Of a DNA stretch of 64,000 nt, positions 50,073 to 64,000 are shown piece by piece. Position numbers and translations under genes: made by a program. The stretch lies in assembly GCA_951406725.2 (NCBI GenBank), contig OX597820.1, forward strand, positions 53,630,001-53,694,000, written 5' to 3'. The notes under the pieces are model-generated. The model searched no databases and was not told the origin of the DNA. It worked only from the letters and a program-made list of their open reading frames with translations. How positions within the stretch are numbered: the first letter of the stretch is position 1; every line of letters begins with the position of its first letter. This DNA comes from Octopus vulgaris (Eukaryota).

Positions 50073-50681
50073 CTGAACATCAAAATATCTTACACGTGAC
50101 GTGATTTGTCAGAGACTTTAGATTTCGGAAAATTAACGAGACACCGTAATGTAGAAGTTATTTGACAAATTAATTCGTTCATGAGAAGCATAGATTTTGA
50201 TCACATATTTCGATGCACATATAATAATACTGCTTTGGTTGGTATATCTGTCTATTTGTGTGCGGGAGATATGTATCTATGTATGTATAAATATATATAT
50301 ATTTGTATATATATATATTTATATATATATATATATAAATACATGCATGTATATGTGTATATATATAGATAGATATAGATATAGATATGTATATATATGC
50401 ATGTATACTGCCACACAGAGACATGTCTGTGTGTCTGTGTGTGTGCATTTATTTTGGCCATCATTTAATATTCTTTTAAATAAACAAAGCAATAAATGTA
50501 TAGTAATATGCTTTATTTAAAAGGAAAAAATGTGTGATGAATACTGTACATATTTCATGAGTTGAAATTTTCAAAAAATATAAACAGAAGTTTCATAAAC
50601 GCAGAACACACCCACACACACACACACAAGTATATTATATAAACACAAATATAAACATATATATGTGTAAATGCATGTGTA

Positions 50682-50714
<33 letters not shown>

Positions 50715-51611
50715 TGGGCTGAAAATTATGTATATACCTTTTTTTTGATATCTTTTTGTCTCGTGAAAAATGCACAATACTGATATTGTATTTTTTCTGA
50801 TATGCCTACGCCTATACATACATACAAACAGATAGATAGATAGAGAGAGAGAGAGAGGGAGATAGAGAGAGAGAGAGAAAGAGAGAGAGTGAGAGAGAGA
50901 GAGAGAGAGATGGATGGATGGATGGATGGATGGATGGATGGATGGGTGGATACATGGATGGATACATACATAAATACATACATATACCTGTACACATATA
51001 CGTGTATGTATATGTGAGTGTGTGCGTGTCTACGCACATACATATCAATACACACACACAAGTGAGCACTGTGTATTGATGTATTCCGTGCTTCCTATTA
51101 AAAATAGACAATAAAAAGTTTTTCAATGGAATTTTATTGCAATTGAGAGAAATATCTCTGATCGAGTATAATAATATATGTTGCTATGATCGAAGTAAGG
51201 TTTTAAGTATGGAACCACATGTGACATAATCAATGATGTATACAACGTCTAGAATAATGATAAGCTGCAGTCTATGAATGTAATATTTTATTTATGAAGT
51301 ATAAACGAAGACATTTATGAATCACTCGATATTTATATAATTTATAAGAGAATTCTATGATAAATATTTTGAAATTAAATGTGATATTTGTGTATGTAAG
51401 TATATATGTAGCAATCACACGAAAATTAATACGAAGTTGTTGCATGACTTTATTCAAGGCTACGATTGTTTCTCGTGGCTAGAGGAACTGTTTTATCACC
51501 ATAGATATTGGTTTGTAATTTTTGTAAATCCATAGAAAAGTATTTGATTAATTAATGAAACAGTTCGCTTTATCATTCTCCTCAGATTCTAACTCTATTG
51601 TGATAGGTATA

Positions 51612-52019
51612 CTCTTTTACTCTTTTACTCGTTTCAGTCATTTGGCTGTGGCCATGCTAGATCACCGCCTTTAGTCGAGCAAATCGATCCCAGGACTTAT
51701 TCTTTGGAAGCCTAGTACTTGTTCTATCGGTCTCTTTTGCCGAACCGCTAAGTTACGGGGACGTAAACACACCAGTATCGGTTGTCAAGCGATGTTGGAG
51801 GGACAAACACAGACACACAAACATATACACATAAATATATATACATATACATATATACGATAGGCTTCTTTCAGTTTCCGTGTACCAAATCCATTCACAA
51901 GGCTTTGGTCGGCCCGAGGCTAGAGTAGAAGACACTTGCGCAAGATACCACGCAGTGGGACTGAACCCGAAACCATGTGGTTGGTAAGGAAGCTATTTAC
52001 CACACAGCCACTCCTGCGC
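51612..52019 (-). mobile_element. SINE family A (full length, young)
   Basis: Complete reverse complement from the CTCTTTTACTC tail to the CCACACAGCCACTCCTGCG head. Confidence 0.92.
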
Positions 52020-52359
52020 TATATTTTCCAACAGGAATATATTTTGGTGGAAGTGAAATTGCATAGTGTCAAATTGTTAGCATCGATATAAGCATCAATA
52101 TTCCCTTTCGAGATAATTACCCACTATGATTTACTATAAGCTTCCATGTGCCACCGCGACTGACTGGTCATTGAGTCAACTTTAAATGTACACGAATAAA
52201 GTGAATAGAAGTGAAATTTACTACAATGTATTCTCTATTATAATCACAAACCGGAAGTAAGATTGGTAGTATGCAAATAATGTAATAGAGAGAGGAGGTT
52301 CGAAAGTTACTAAATGCGGAATGAACGGTAGGGGCCAATCTAAAAAGGATATATAATAA

Positions 52360-52995
52360 AATTGACCTCTGTCGCTCCATGCCCTGTTCATTCTTTTCCT
52401 ATATCCCTAGCGAGTACTTCATTATCATTTCTCGGATTACTCAGAAAGTAGCACTCCATTGCAGCCACATTCATTTCTTTCGCCCACCTTATTTTAGTAG
52501 TTGCATGACGACGACTGGGTCCACGCTGCTCACCCGTGGGGTACCCGCCGAGTGAGATACCTTCACAAGGTGTTCCAGCCTTATTCACGCTGTTTTCATT
52601 TCTATTTTTATTTGACATTTCAGCATTCATGATGAAAGTTAGTGAATTTTAGGTTGCACAACTACCAGGAATTTTTTAACCCCTGGCACAATCACTGACA
52701 GGATCTCCACCCTAAGATATAAGATTCCTGTAATCCTGGTTTAATCATTGCTTCTGGACTTTAGGTATATGCTATTTTGGTTGCCGTTGCATCGTAAGAG
52801 TTCGTTAGCTTTTATACGGGTCTTGTTTTTCTTCCTGTAGTGTGTCAAAATAGCAAGACACATGCACCCTCCTTACAGAGCAAGGTCTATGGGGATGCCG
52901 CTTTAGTCGCCGAAGTACCGACCGAAAAATGAATTTCCTCGCTCCCAGTTTAAATACGGGGAAGAGGTGGCAGGTTAGGAGGGTGGTCGCATCCG
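52360..52995 (-). mobile_element. 5' end (UTR and ORF N-terminus) of a probable R4/Dong-like element
   Basis: ORF 52388..52630 contains KIRWAKEMNVAAMECYFLSNP, followed by a frameshifted RGYRKRM/RAW.D-like segment typical of Dong-family N-termini. It lies next to the (AAT)/(GAT) tract at 53150-53360. Confidence 0.55.
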
Positions 52996-53149
52996 TCTCA
53001 TGGCAAATTGGTCTTTTCTTTACAGTAGCAACATAGCAATATTTTGAGAAGATAAATTAAAAAAAAAGAAAAACAAAAGAGGGAGAGGAAATTTTTAACT
53101 GACTTTCTTTGGCCTTGTACTGCATCGGCCTCATGGCAAAGCAGTCTTC

Positions 53150-53173
53150 TTATTATTGTTGTTATTATTATTA

Positions 53174-53211
<38 letters not shown>

Positions 53212-53244
53212 ATTAATATTATTATTATTATTATTATTATTATT

Positions 53245-53282
<38 letters not shown>

Positions 53283-53317
53283 CATCCTCCTCCTCCTCCC
53301 CCTCCTCCTCCTCCTCC

Positions 53318-53357
<40 letters not shown>

Positions 53358-53362
53358 TATCA
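53150..53362. repeat. Compound (ATT)/(CAT)/(CCT) microsatellite
   Basis: Seen directly. Confidence 0.93.
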
Positions 53363-54618
53363 CCGTTTTTTGTACATAATAGATGTGTACTGTTTGTGAC
53401 AAACCCAGATTGGTGTATATACCTTAAATGAGCAAACGTACATTCAATATTTTTAATAGTGTTCAGCACCTTAATGCTAAAAGCTGCTATTAAATCCGAT
53501 AAAATAGGTTTGGAGGAATAAACAAATACACGGCATGTCTACTAAATATCTTGTTAAGTCTGTTAGAGGTGAAGATACTCCTCCAGGGTCATAAACCAGT
53601 TACCTGTGGTTTCCTACACTCCTTAAGGAGCATTAGACCACGTGATATTTCTATTATATAATCTAGTTCTATTATATTTTTTGTTAATTTGGAGTCGATA
53701 CATTAAGTACAAACCTATGAAAGTGGGTTAACTGAAATTTTAGAACTTCCTAATGAGTCAGTGTCTGTTAACTATCCCTGCCACGTGCGTTCTAAGTTCT
53801 CTTTTAGTATCTTGTCAAAAGGTAACTCTTCTATCAGGAGTTACAATCGACAAGTAGTATCAGAAGACCGGCTGCAGCACAATGTTTGTCTTTTATTTGC
53901 CACTGTTATTTTCATTTAATGATGTCGTTTATCCCCGGGCTAATCAAACTTGGTCAAGCAGCAATATAAGGCAGTAAATTAGCAGATTCGTTGGTGCGTT
54001 GTATGAATACCTCGTGACATTTGTTCTGACATTTTAAGTTTAAATCTCACCAAAGACAATCTCACCTTTCATCCATTTTAGGTCGATAGCAAACGAGACA
54101 ATCCAAACTGGTGGAGAGGTGAAACGGCAAGATCGATGGACCGGATCTTATGTGGCATTTATTCAGGAATATTATGTGCTGAGTTCAAATCTCGCAGAAT
54201 CATTCGGGTCAGATCTCTAGTTCAAGGTTACCCTTCTTCCTTCTCGCCTATCTACTTCGGACACCATATAAGGACAAGAGACTCTGCCCGTTTCTCCTGA
54301 AGAAAAATATAAAAATGCATCATATCTATTTTTTGCAGGCATAATGTCCGAGATACATTATGCATCTCGGGCTATATTATTTGTTTGGTATTTTTACCTT
54401 AATGGTTTATAGAGATGTGGCTGCTATGTTTATCAGATCGCGCGTCCACGTAATGTCTACTTTTCACTGTTATTGCTGTTGATGTTATTTCTCTCGCGAG
54501 AAACGAAAGGAAATGAAAACAAAACAAAACTAAAAGCAATAGCCAGAATATATATAAAAAAAAGCGATAGATCTCCTGTGAAGAAACTATAGTTTAGGTC
54601 TTATTAGTGTATAGGTGT

Positions 54619-54661
<43 letters not shown>

Positions 54662-55289
54662 TGTGTTCGTTTGAGAAAGAGAAGGAGAGAGAGAGAGAGG
54701 GAAGGAAATAACGTTGAAGAAAATGACTGTAAAATAAGGCAGTAAACACACAAAGAAGACAACAAATAATTATAAAAAAATGGAAGCTGGGTCATGATTG
54801 ACGAGATAAGAAAGCAGCTAGATGAAAGTTACCTTAAAAGGTAAGAAAAGAAAGAAAGAAAACGATGCAGTTGAGCTACTTTAATTCGAAAGGGAGTTCT
54901 GTTGTCACGCCTTCCCTATCTTTTTTCTCACCACCACCTCCACCATCTCCACCACTTTTTCCATAAGCCATGATAGAATTCTCATAAACCGATTAGGTTA
55001 TATCCAACAACTTCATAGCAGGAGGGACAGTTTCTTTTATTTCTTTATTTATTTATTCCTGTCTTTTTGTTTTATCTTTTTTTTCTTTTTCATTTTATTG
55101 ATCCTTGTTTTGTTTTTTTTTTTATATTTTACTTTTCATTTTCTTTCTCCCTTTCTTCTTTATATTATTAGTATTATACAACCAAATGTGTTAAAGGGAT
55201 GGATAAGAAGGGCCGTAAATGTAGTTTGTGAGTGGGACACAAATGGAAGGAGACTGATGGTGAAGTAAGTAGAACTAGATTCAAGATGC

Positions 55290-55360
55290 ATGGCAAAGGC
55301 TTGGTGAGGCTTGGTGAGGCTTGGCGAGGTTTGGCGAGGCATGGCGAGATATGGCGAGGC
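55290..55360. repeat. 10-bp tandem repeat (WTGGYGAGGC) about x7
   Basis: TTGGTGAGGC TTGGTGAGGC TTGGCGAGGT TTGGCGAGGC ATGGCGAGAT ATGGCGAGGC. Confidence 0.85.
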
Positions 55361-57127
55361 AATAGTGGGACGTGGACAACCTATCCGGTATTCTGCTTTC
55401 TATTTACTCTACTTCAACCTACAGCTTCCAACAAATTGGTTTGTTGTTGTCGTCGTTGTTACTGTCAACGTTATTATTGTCGATGGTTGTTTGTAATGTT
55501 GTTGCTGTTGTTGTTGTTGTTGTTCTCATGATGATGGAGGGGGAAGGGCCGATGCCTTGCTGGTAGTTAAAACGTTTCTTTTATTCAAAGTGTTATAAAA
55601 AAAAATTCGTTTAGAGATGACTACTGCTATTCCGATTGAATTGATGATTATAATGCTTATTATGCTGATGCTAATGATTATGTAGCTAATTTGTCATTTT
55701 AGTCATTCTCTGAGTGGTAGGGTAGTGGCCTTAATCTGATCGATTCCCTCTCTCTCTCTCTCTCTTTATATCTCTCTCTATCTCTATCTCTCTTTCTCTC
55801 TCTCTCTCGCAGACACACAGCGAAAGAAGCTGGATCAAATTGCTGCGGTTAAATTTCACCGACAATTCTTTTATGTGAGTTTAGGGAAAAGCAATGATTT
55901 ATGCTTCTAAGAATTAAGATTAGGGCACAATGTTGATGTTTTTTGTTGTTCCTGTTGTTATTTAGACTCAGATCAACTTTGAATGAGCTCACCTATTGTC
56001 AAAGGCAATCCAGGCATAACCAATCCGTCTTTAGTTCCTATATGCATGGAACCAACAGCATTGGATGTATTCTGTGTTTACGACACTAGGGTATAATCTG
56101 AGTGTAAAATTTGGCTAATATTTCTACTAGATTAAGCGAAATGTGTCAAAGCGACATTATTTGCTCAACTAGCTCGACATGTTTAGACTAGATGAGAAGA
56201 AAGTCCATACGAGTTCGGGGTTTAGAAGAAACCGATGCTTCGAGAGTGTTTAAATGGTATAATATAGTGAAATCCTTAAAGGAACAGTGGGCATTGAAGT
56301 GTATAGAATACATGATATTGTGCATAGATTGGGAGAATGGGAGAATGGTGTTTGGTTAGCTTCTTACGCCTAAGTGGGGTTTTTTTTTGGGGGGGGTAGT
56401 TTAGAACTGTACTGTGAGCAAAGAGGAACATCTGTGTTTCATCAGATATACTTTACCTCGTTAAGAGTAAGCCACACGGCAAACAATGCAAAACAAGGAA
56501 ACAAGTTGCGTTACTGTAAATGAGAAACGGAGACAAAGAAGAGAAAGGAAAGTTTTGTAGATATAAGCTGAAGTAAATTTACTAAGTGTTTCGATAGAAA
56601 TGTTACGGATCGTGGATTAATTTGTTAAACTTAAGTATTAATTGAATTAATATTCTTTGAGTTCCACTTCCAATATTTTTTCATCGGGGTAAATGGGGAA
56701 CCCATCACAAATTATTAATTATATATGTTAATTATATGATAAATCATTTACGATAATAAAACAGCGACAGAGAACAATTGAATAGTAAACCATATATGAA
56801 ATGTATGCTCTTCTGGTTTTAACTATTGCAAATTTGACGTATCTTATGCATTTTCTCTTAAGATTTACTACAATATTCATTATATTTGACACAATCATTT
56901 TTGTAGCTAATAAACTTGCAGCTCTTGCTCATATAAGCTTGACGGTTTTTCTTACATCATGCAGATGTTCCTTGACCCATAACAGACTTTGGATATGCAT
57001 TGTCCTAAATACAATAAAATACAACTGAATAAGTGTTATAAATCCTCGAGAAAATTTTTTAAAACTTGATCATGGTCGAGTTTCTAGTAACATGGTTCAA
57101 AATAAAATCTGTTACTCAATTACAAAT

Positions 57128-57229
<102 letters not shown>

Positions 57230-57322
57230 ATGACCAGATAACTGAAAAGATGGCAGCGTGGATTTCCTCCTCGGCATCCAGAACTCGGAGTTTTATCATG
57301 GCTACCGAATAATTGTCACATT

Positions 57323-57358
<36 letters not shown>

Positions 57359-57361
<3 letters not shown>

Positions 57362-57427
57362 CTCCAGTCCTCTCATGAACTTACTCTGTCCGATCGACAG
57401 AGTAAGTTCATGAGAGGACTGGAGTCT
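57359..57427. repeat. Perfect 32-bp hairpin abutting (TA)n
   Basis: 57359-57390 is the exact reverse complement of 57396-57427; loop CGATC. Confidence 0.92.
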
Positions 57428-58411
57428 AAAACAGTGTAATTCCACTTTTGTCTATGCTTCTGTTTGTGATTCTCTGATGACTGCAGTGGAAGCATTGCGT
57501 GCACGCCGAAGCACACATTTTATGTTTTCCTTTTGCTTTTTCGAGGCATCCTATCGAAAATCTGTAATTGAATGAATCTTTAAAAAATCGATTAAATTTA
57601 CCTTGTTGCTGTTTGCAATCACTAAATATGGTATTTCAACACAAAGAATTCCTACCACGCTAAAGCGCACAATTATTTGCAATGGTATTGCATCAAATGG
57701 CACGTGAATGCAGACAGTTGTGAATGAGCATTCACATCTATAGGCTCATGTGGACAGAACGTATTTCGAGAAAATCGATTTTCTATCGACCAAAAGTACA
57801 ATTGTGATAAAATGTAAACGATCGATGCAAACACCAGTGCACTGACAGGTAGCAGGAGGTAAAGGGTATTTCTAAGAAATATCACACTTAAGTGCGAAAT
57901 TTGAGTAAAAAGCATATGCAAATCGAAATAGTTCCTAGGACTTCTCTGAAAATGAAAGACAGCCAAAAATGGACTTTCTTTGGGAGAAAAGGATGTTAGC
58001 ATTGAAATTACCTTATATTAATTTGGAAGTAACGAAAATTCATTATAAATAAAGTTATTTAAGTCCACGTAACCGCAAAATTTCAGATGGCATATAGGGT
58101 TCGGCAATATGCTATGTTGACCGATAAAGTAGCGAAACGTGTTGATAAATAAGTATCAGAACCGACTGTTCGTAAAAATGATAAGAATTTGCCAAAATGT
58201 CGTTCAATTATGTTTACTGATGAAGAATAACTCATAATTTCAAATGTTGGTACTAATACTCCTTCTTCATGAAATGGAATTAAAGAATAAACAATGAACA
58301 TGTAGATGTCAAATCAAGTGAGTCACGCAAAAATCGAAAAATACCGTTCATTTGTTAGTTTTATATAACTGTCAGCTAAAGGTTTAAATATTTGTCAGTA
58401 AAACATTTGTT

Positions 58412-58477
<66 letters not shown>

Positions 58478-58803
58478 TATTTGTTCAATTACCAATCAAT
58501 TTGTCGTTTTCTACTGTCAACTGAATTTTGTTGTGAGAATATATTCACACAGTTGATCTATCGCCAATTAGTATCGTTTATTCATTAAAGTTAATATTTC
58601 ATTTTATTTTCACTTATTCAAAATAATTGCCTTGTCTTCTTACTCTTTTGTGTCAGCTTATTTATTAAACACAGAATGACATGCCTGGATGCACGTGTTC
58701 GAGTACAGTTCATTCTAGTATGATATCGAATTTTACTGCAATCACATACGTTCTTTCATGAAATTGCTTAGAATGCTTAATGCAATTAATGCTCTGATGC
58801 TGA

Positions 58804-59073
58804 CTAGACGAACATAGCGGCTGGTCGTACGTGATTTGCGGAATTATAGCCAACAAGCGCTATTGAAATTGGATTTTCCATCAAGATTTTGGTTAAAAAC
58901 GGTAAATCTCACGTTCAAACTAAAGATTACGTTATGAAATTTAACTGATACACCTACTGGGACGTCTTTTACCTATGTCTAAATTTTCAGCGCAATCACT
59001 TGAAAAATACTACCGTTATAATCTTTAACACACATACACACAAAACGACAGAACAGGGTTTATTTATTATAGA
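58804..59073 (-). mobile_element. Possible non-autonomous Helitron-like element
   Basis: Minus strand begins TCTATAATAAAT and ends CTAG between host A and T. Weak subterminal hairpin ACGA..TCGT. Confidence 0.35.
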
Positions 59074-59149
59074 TATGCGAATAAATATGGCTGAGAAGTC
59101 TTTGTCTTCCGTGATAGTCCGGCGGGAACCATGTAAAAAGAACATTCAG

Positions 59150-59315
59150 TAAAGTGGCTGACGTTAGGAAGGGCATCCAGTCGAAGAAACACGTGAAAGG
59201 AGACAATCGGAGCACTTGGTATATCCATCCGGCTTGCCAGCTCCTGTCGAACATTCTAACCCATACCAACATGGAAAACGAACCTTAAATTAGGATGATC
59301 TTGATGATGATGATA
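59150..59315 (+). mobile_element. SINE family C 3' part with an RTE-type (GAT)n tail
   Basis: GTTAGGAAGGGCATCCAG ... AACCCATACCAACATGGAAAACG ... GATGATGATG. Confidence 0.6.
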
Positions 59316-59508
59316 ATATATAAACAAACACACACACACACACTCATTAGCATACGTACTAACAATGGTAATGGCCGTCATTCCATCGAGCCAAGGACAG
59401 TATTTCCCATAGGGTTTCCTTCTTCCTGATAGGAAAGTGAAACAGACAAAACAAAGGCTACCATCCGATGTTCTAACAATTCTACCGACACACACACACA
59501 CACACACT

Positions 59509-59758
<250 letters not shown>

Positions 59759-59985
59759 AAGGCGGCGAGCTGGCAAAAACGTTAGCACGCCGGGCGAAAT
59801 GTTTAGCAGTATTTCGTCTGCCGCTACGTTCTGAGTTCAAATTCCGCCAAGGTAGACTTTGCCTTTCATCCTTTCGGGGTCGATAAAATAAGTACCAGTT
59901 ACGCACTGGGTTCGATGTAATCAACTTAATCCTTTTGTCTGTCCTTGTTTGTCCCCTCTATGTTTAGCCACTGTAAGTAGTAAAG

Positions 59986-59990
<5 letters not shown>
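59759..59990 (+). mobile_element. SINE family B monomer within (TA)n
   Basis: Full head and one unit ending AAAGAAATA. Confidence 0.9.
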
Positions 59991-60039
<49 letters not shown>

Positions 60040-60183
60040 CTAGTAATAAGAGTTAGCAATGCAGGTGCTTCTATCACCGTAGTCACATTTATTGACAAAT
60101 ATAATTCTCCCTTTTGGTAAAACATTGTAATCAAATGTTTATATTATATATGTGTGTGTGTATACATACATAATTACATAAAT

Positions 60184-60215
<32 letters not shown>

Positions 60216-60249
60216 ATGGAGGTGGAAATAGCACAGAAGTAAGATTAAG

Positions 60250-61215
60250 ACATTTCAATCTAAGAGAGAATTTCATATAAATGATTTAACACAAATGTGA
60301 CTGCTTAAAGGAATTTTCCTTCTGCTTTTGTCTTGGATCTATTGGTGATGGGTCACCATTCTGTTGTGTAAGGATCTGCCAGTCTGACCAATGTAATTAT
60401 GTTGGCAACCATTATATGTGATTACGTAGATCAGGTTTCCCGCGTTGCAGTTGAGATTTGACTTGACTTTGAAGGTTTGGCCATCTTTAAATTGAAATTC
60501 TGGCTCCTCAACTAAGTAACGGCAAGTGCTGAGTTCGTTCTCCCACATTTTGTGACTGTCATGTTGGGGGTTTTATTTGTGTGTATTTGTTCCAGTGAGA
60601 ATGAGTTTTAGTGTTGGGCTGCCTTTTGCTTTTGTTGATTTGTTGTTTTTCTAAGATTTTTCTAATTTTTTAATCTGCAAATAACAAGGGGAGGTTTTCA
60701 TGGATGTGATCGGAAATTTTGATGTCCCTGGGATTGAAATTTGACACGAATGGTGAGACATTTGTCATTTTGTTTGCTTTCCTAAGTTGTTTATTCCGTT
60801 GATGATTATAGCAGGAGGGAAGGCTCTTTGGATAAGTGTGTCATTCAATTCTTCTAGTCTTTGTTTGCGTTTGGATGGTTCTGATACTATGGTACAAATT
60901 CGTTTTGTCAGGTTTAAGGGAATGTTAAGTTTCGGGTGTTTCGGGTGACATGATGTGAAAAAGAAGGTACTGTTTGAGGCCACTGGTTTTGTAGAATATG
61001 CCTGTTCCTATTTTCCAATTTTGGTTTTTGATTAGGATATTCAGAAAAGCAAGTTCTTTGGGGTTAAACTCCATTGCGAAATGGATGTTATTGCTGGGGT
61101 TGCTTATCATGTTTTTGAATTCAGTTAACTCGTCAATATTTTCCTGCCATAAAATAAAGCAATCGTCCAGGTATCTTTTCCAATTGTTTCTGAGTTGGGT
61201 ATGGAACGTGTCACC
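60250..61215 (-). mobile_element. Penelope-like element, decayed RT C-terminus and GIY-YIG endonuclease
   Basis: Minus strand encodes WKRYLDDCF (about 61157-61183), I.F.ME...ELAFLNI, IFYK...KQYLLF, SCHPKHPKLNIP..L..RICTIVS and C...NLIYVIT..GC...YIGQTGRSL..RM..H, with frameshifts. Flanked by (CA)/(TG) microsatellites. Confidence 0.9.
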
Positions 61216-61259
61216 AAATATATATATACATATACATGTTTATATATATGTGTGTGTGT

Positions 61260-61358
<99 letters not shown>

Positions 61359-62301
61359 TTTCCTTTAACCGCAGAGATTGTTCTCGTCACTGAAATGTGT
61401 AATGTTAATTCATATTCCTTGTTTGACCACACCAAATTTAGAGGCGCCCACATTGTTATCATGTTATCATGTAATTTGTAATTATGTATGGATGTGTATG
61501 TGTGCACGCGCGCAGTGTATGTGTGAGTTTGTGTGCGAGCGTGCGAGTATTGAATGTAGGTTTGTGTGTATCAATGTGTCTGCCACATAAACATTTATCA
61601 TAACAGCCTTACTCAAAATCCATCGAAGAGAAAAGAGTGTTGAAGGATGAAGCCTCTTAGACCTTCTATTGTTCTCTTGACTTGCTAGAAATAACAGACA
61701 AGACACTGTACTATCAGACCATACAGTCTTACAAATTTGATGAAACCTGAGTGACGCACGCAAATGAAACCGCGAATGATTGGACATCCTCGGACAGTTA
61801 ACCAATATCAACTAGAAGAGAACTAGCAGAGCAGAAACGCTATGTTAAGTTCAAAGCTTTAAGGTTCTTATTTGATCCCTGATCAACAGTGTGCATATTT
61901 ATGATGAGTAGTAATCGAATATCTAGTTAATAATTACTGAACAGTTTAATTTAATTAAAATTTCAGGTACACAGAAACTTGCTATAGCAAGTAAATTAAT
62001 CACTAGAGTAACGAGTTTTCTTTAATTAGAATTACTGACGAACGCATAGGCTAATTAGAGAAACGTAGGTTTAGTCACGTGCTGTATGATAGTTTTGCGC
62101 AGAGGATATGAAAATAGCTAAATTAATCTAATCCTTTTCTGAATCACAATTAACTAATGATTATTACCTCTACTTTGACTATGTTACTGATCTAACGATA
62201 GCAAGCATTCACAACCAATCATTTGTTTAGCCCACATGTACTCTACTTCCTGCTAAAACTATTTACCCATAGTACAGGCATAAAGATAGATGGTATGGAA
62301 C

Positions 62302-62533
62302 AAGGCGGCGAGCTGGCAGAAACGTTAGCACGCCGGGCGAAATGCTTAGCGGTATTTCGTCTGAGTTACGTTGTGAGTTCAAATTCCGCCGAGGTCGACT
62401 TTGCCTTTCATCCTTTCGTGGTCGATAAATTAAGTACCAGTTACGCACTGGGGTCGATGTAATCGACTTCATACCTATGTCTGTCCTTGTGTGTCCCCTC
62501 TGTGTTTAGCCCCTTGTGGGTAATAAAGAAATA
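62302..62533 (+). mobile_element. SINE family B monomer with a 12-bp TSD
   Basis: TSD GGTATGGAACAA at 62292-62303 and 62534-62545. Confidence 0.93.
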
Positions 62534-62887
62534 GGTATGGAACAATGTTGTAAAATATTTTGTCTTCTGATGCAATGCGGCGCTGCTGAATGCATATTGA
62601 ACGCTTTTCGAAATGTTGGCTATCCACAGACTAAATTTTTTTTTCCGTATAGATTACTCTGCAATAAAGAAACAGTTTGTAGAATATCATATAATTTCCT
62701 TAGTTCATGCATCACTAAAGAAATTCGCTAATTCTCTTAATAGAATGCTAATGATACGATAAGTTTAATTTAGATACTAATAAAACGATAAGTTTAGAAA
62801 AAGAAATTTTCATTGTGAAATTATAAAGTATAAAGTATGAATTTTATTGAGACTCGGAACACTTCAATTATTCTTTTCTGGCACTCA

Positions 62888-62922
<35 letters not shown>

Positions 62923-64000
62923 TACATACACACATACGTACTATGTACTACATACACACATATATACATACACATATACACACATGTACATACATACATG
63001 CACACAACTACTACTACTGCTACTGCTACAACTACTACTACTAGTGTTTCCGTTGCAGAATACGTGAACAGCACATTCTTTCATGTCAATGAAAACAATA
63101 TGGCTGGTGTTATCTAATTTACTCTTTCAAGCGATCAAGTTCAAATAACAAAACCTTGAGTTCTCTTTTCTCTAGGGCCTACATCTTGGACGCCATGATT
63201 GTTGCTTTTTAACTTCTATTTGATAGTTTCGCCTTCAAATAATAAAAAGGGGTGTCACAATACGAATGAAATCAATATTTACATATGACAGAGAGATAAA
63301 TAAAATTGAACGTTGAAGAAGGAACCTTAAGAATTTGTGCCGTTTAAACGACATTAAACATGGTCTATTAGAAGTGTGAATTAATATACTACTTTTAAAG
63401 AGAGATTCAGTCTAATGAAGATGTTTTGAGTTATGTATTAAGCAGAAAACTTAATGATCTGCTTCAGCTGTCAGGAAAGCCATTAGCCCAGCGAGAATTA
63501 CCTTTGGAAATCTGCTATAAACTCCAGCTGCAATGATTGTTATTGTTTATAATCCAATAATAATATTAAGAGCGTTAGGAAGATGAGAGATTTCATTGGA
63601 AACAGAGTTAAGCTTCAGTTATCTTGCTGTGCCGCACGCCGCGTTCTGAGCGGCGTTTTCAGTGTGCAGCAATACTGGAGCGCTTTTACGGCGGAATAGA
63701 TTAATTTACATTGAAAACGAAAATCAAATCGTGAATGGCGGTCGAGTAATTTTATATATTGCAAATGGCATTGAATACTAATAACAGAGAATGGCCAAAA
63801 TTTCATGGCGAGTTTATTCGATGCAACAACTGGGAGAATGGTGTGATGGGGATGCAGTCAAATGGTAATTTAACTGTAGCCAGCAAGAATTTAGAATTTT
63901 ATTCTAATAAGAGTGATTAGTTGTGCAGAATTCAGATATTCAATTTCAATTTGAAGAATTTTGATATCGTGTTAGTCAAACGGAAAACTACCGAATTTAT

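Noticed and set aside
52900-53000. Possible HDV-like ribozyme at the 5' end of the Dong-like element
   Set aside because: A GC-rich hairpin is visible, but I could not assign the nested double pseudoknot (P1, P1.1, P2, P3) by eye.
56170-56350. Possible RTE 3' end remnant
   Set aside because: Too degenerate to support with recognisable motifs.

Overview
This is AT-rich, microsatellite-saturated eukaryotic DNA, either intergenic or intronic. I found no credible host protein-coding exon, and almost all ORFs in the track are translations of (TA)n, (TG)n, (TATG)n or (ACT)n repeats. The repeat landscape most resembles a coleoid cephalopod (Octopus-like) genome; this is inference from pattern recognition, not a database result. 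Retroelements dominate the window. (i) A young RTE-clade LINE has an open RT frame, a twin-priming-type 5' inversion and an 11-bp TSD. (ii) There are decayed RTE, CR1-like, R4/Dong-like and Penelope-like (RT + GIY-YIG) fragments. (iii) Two abundant tRNA-headed SINE families are present; one shares its 3' tail with the CR1-like LINE, and the other forms precise headless head-to-tail multimers at a GGTAT junction. (iv) A set of short fold-back (inverted-repeat) insertions lies mostly in or beside (TA)n tracts. At least two carry recognisable type I hammerhead ribozyme motifs, which points to a diverse population of non-autonomous Penelope-mobilised ribozyme elements. Also present are a CpG-rich 15-bp minisatellite and a possible very old densovirus-like capsid relic (low confidence).
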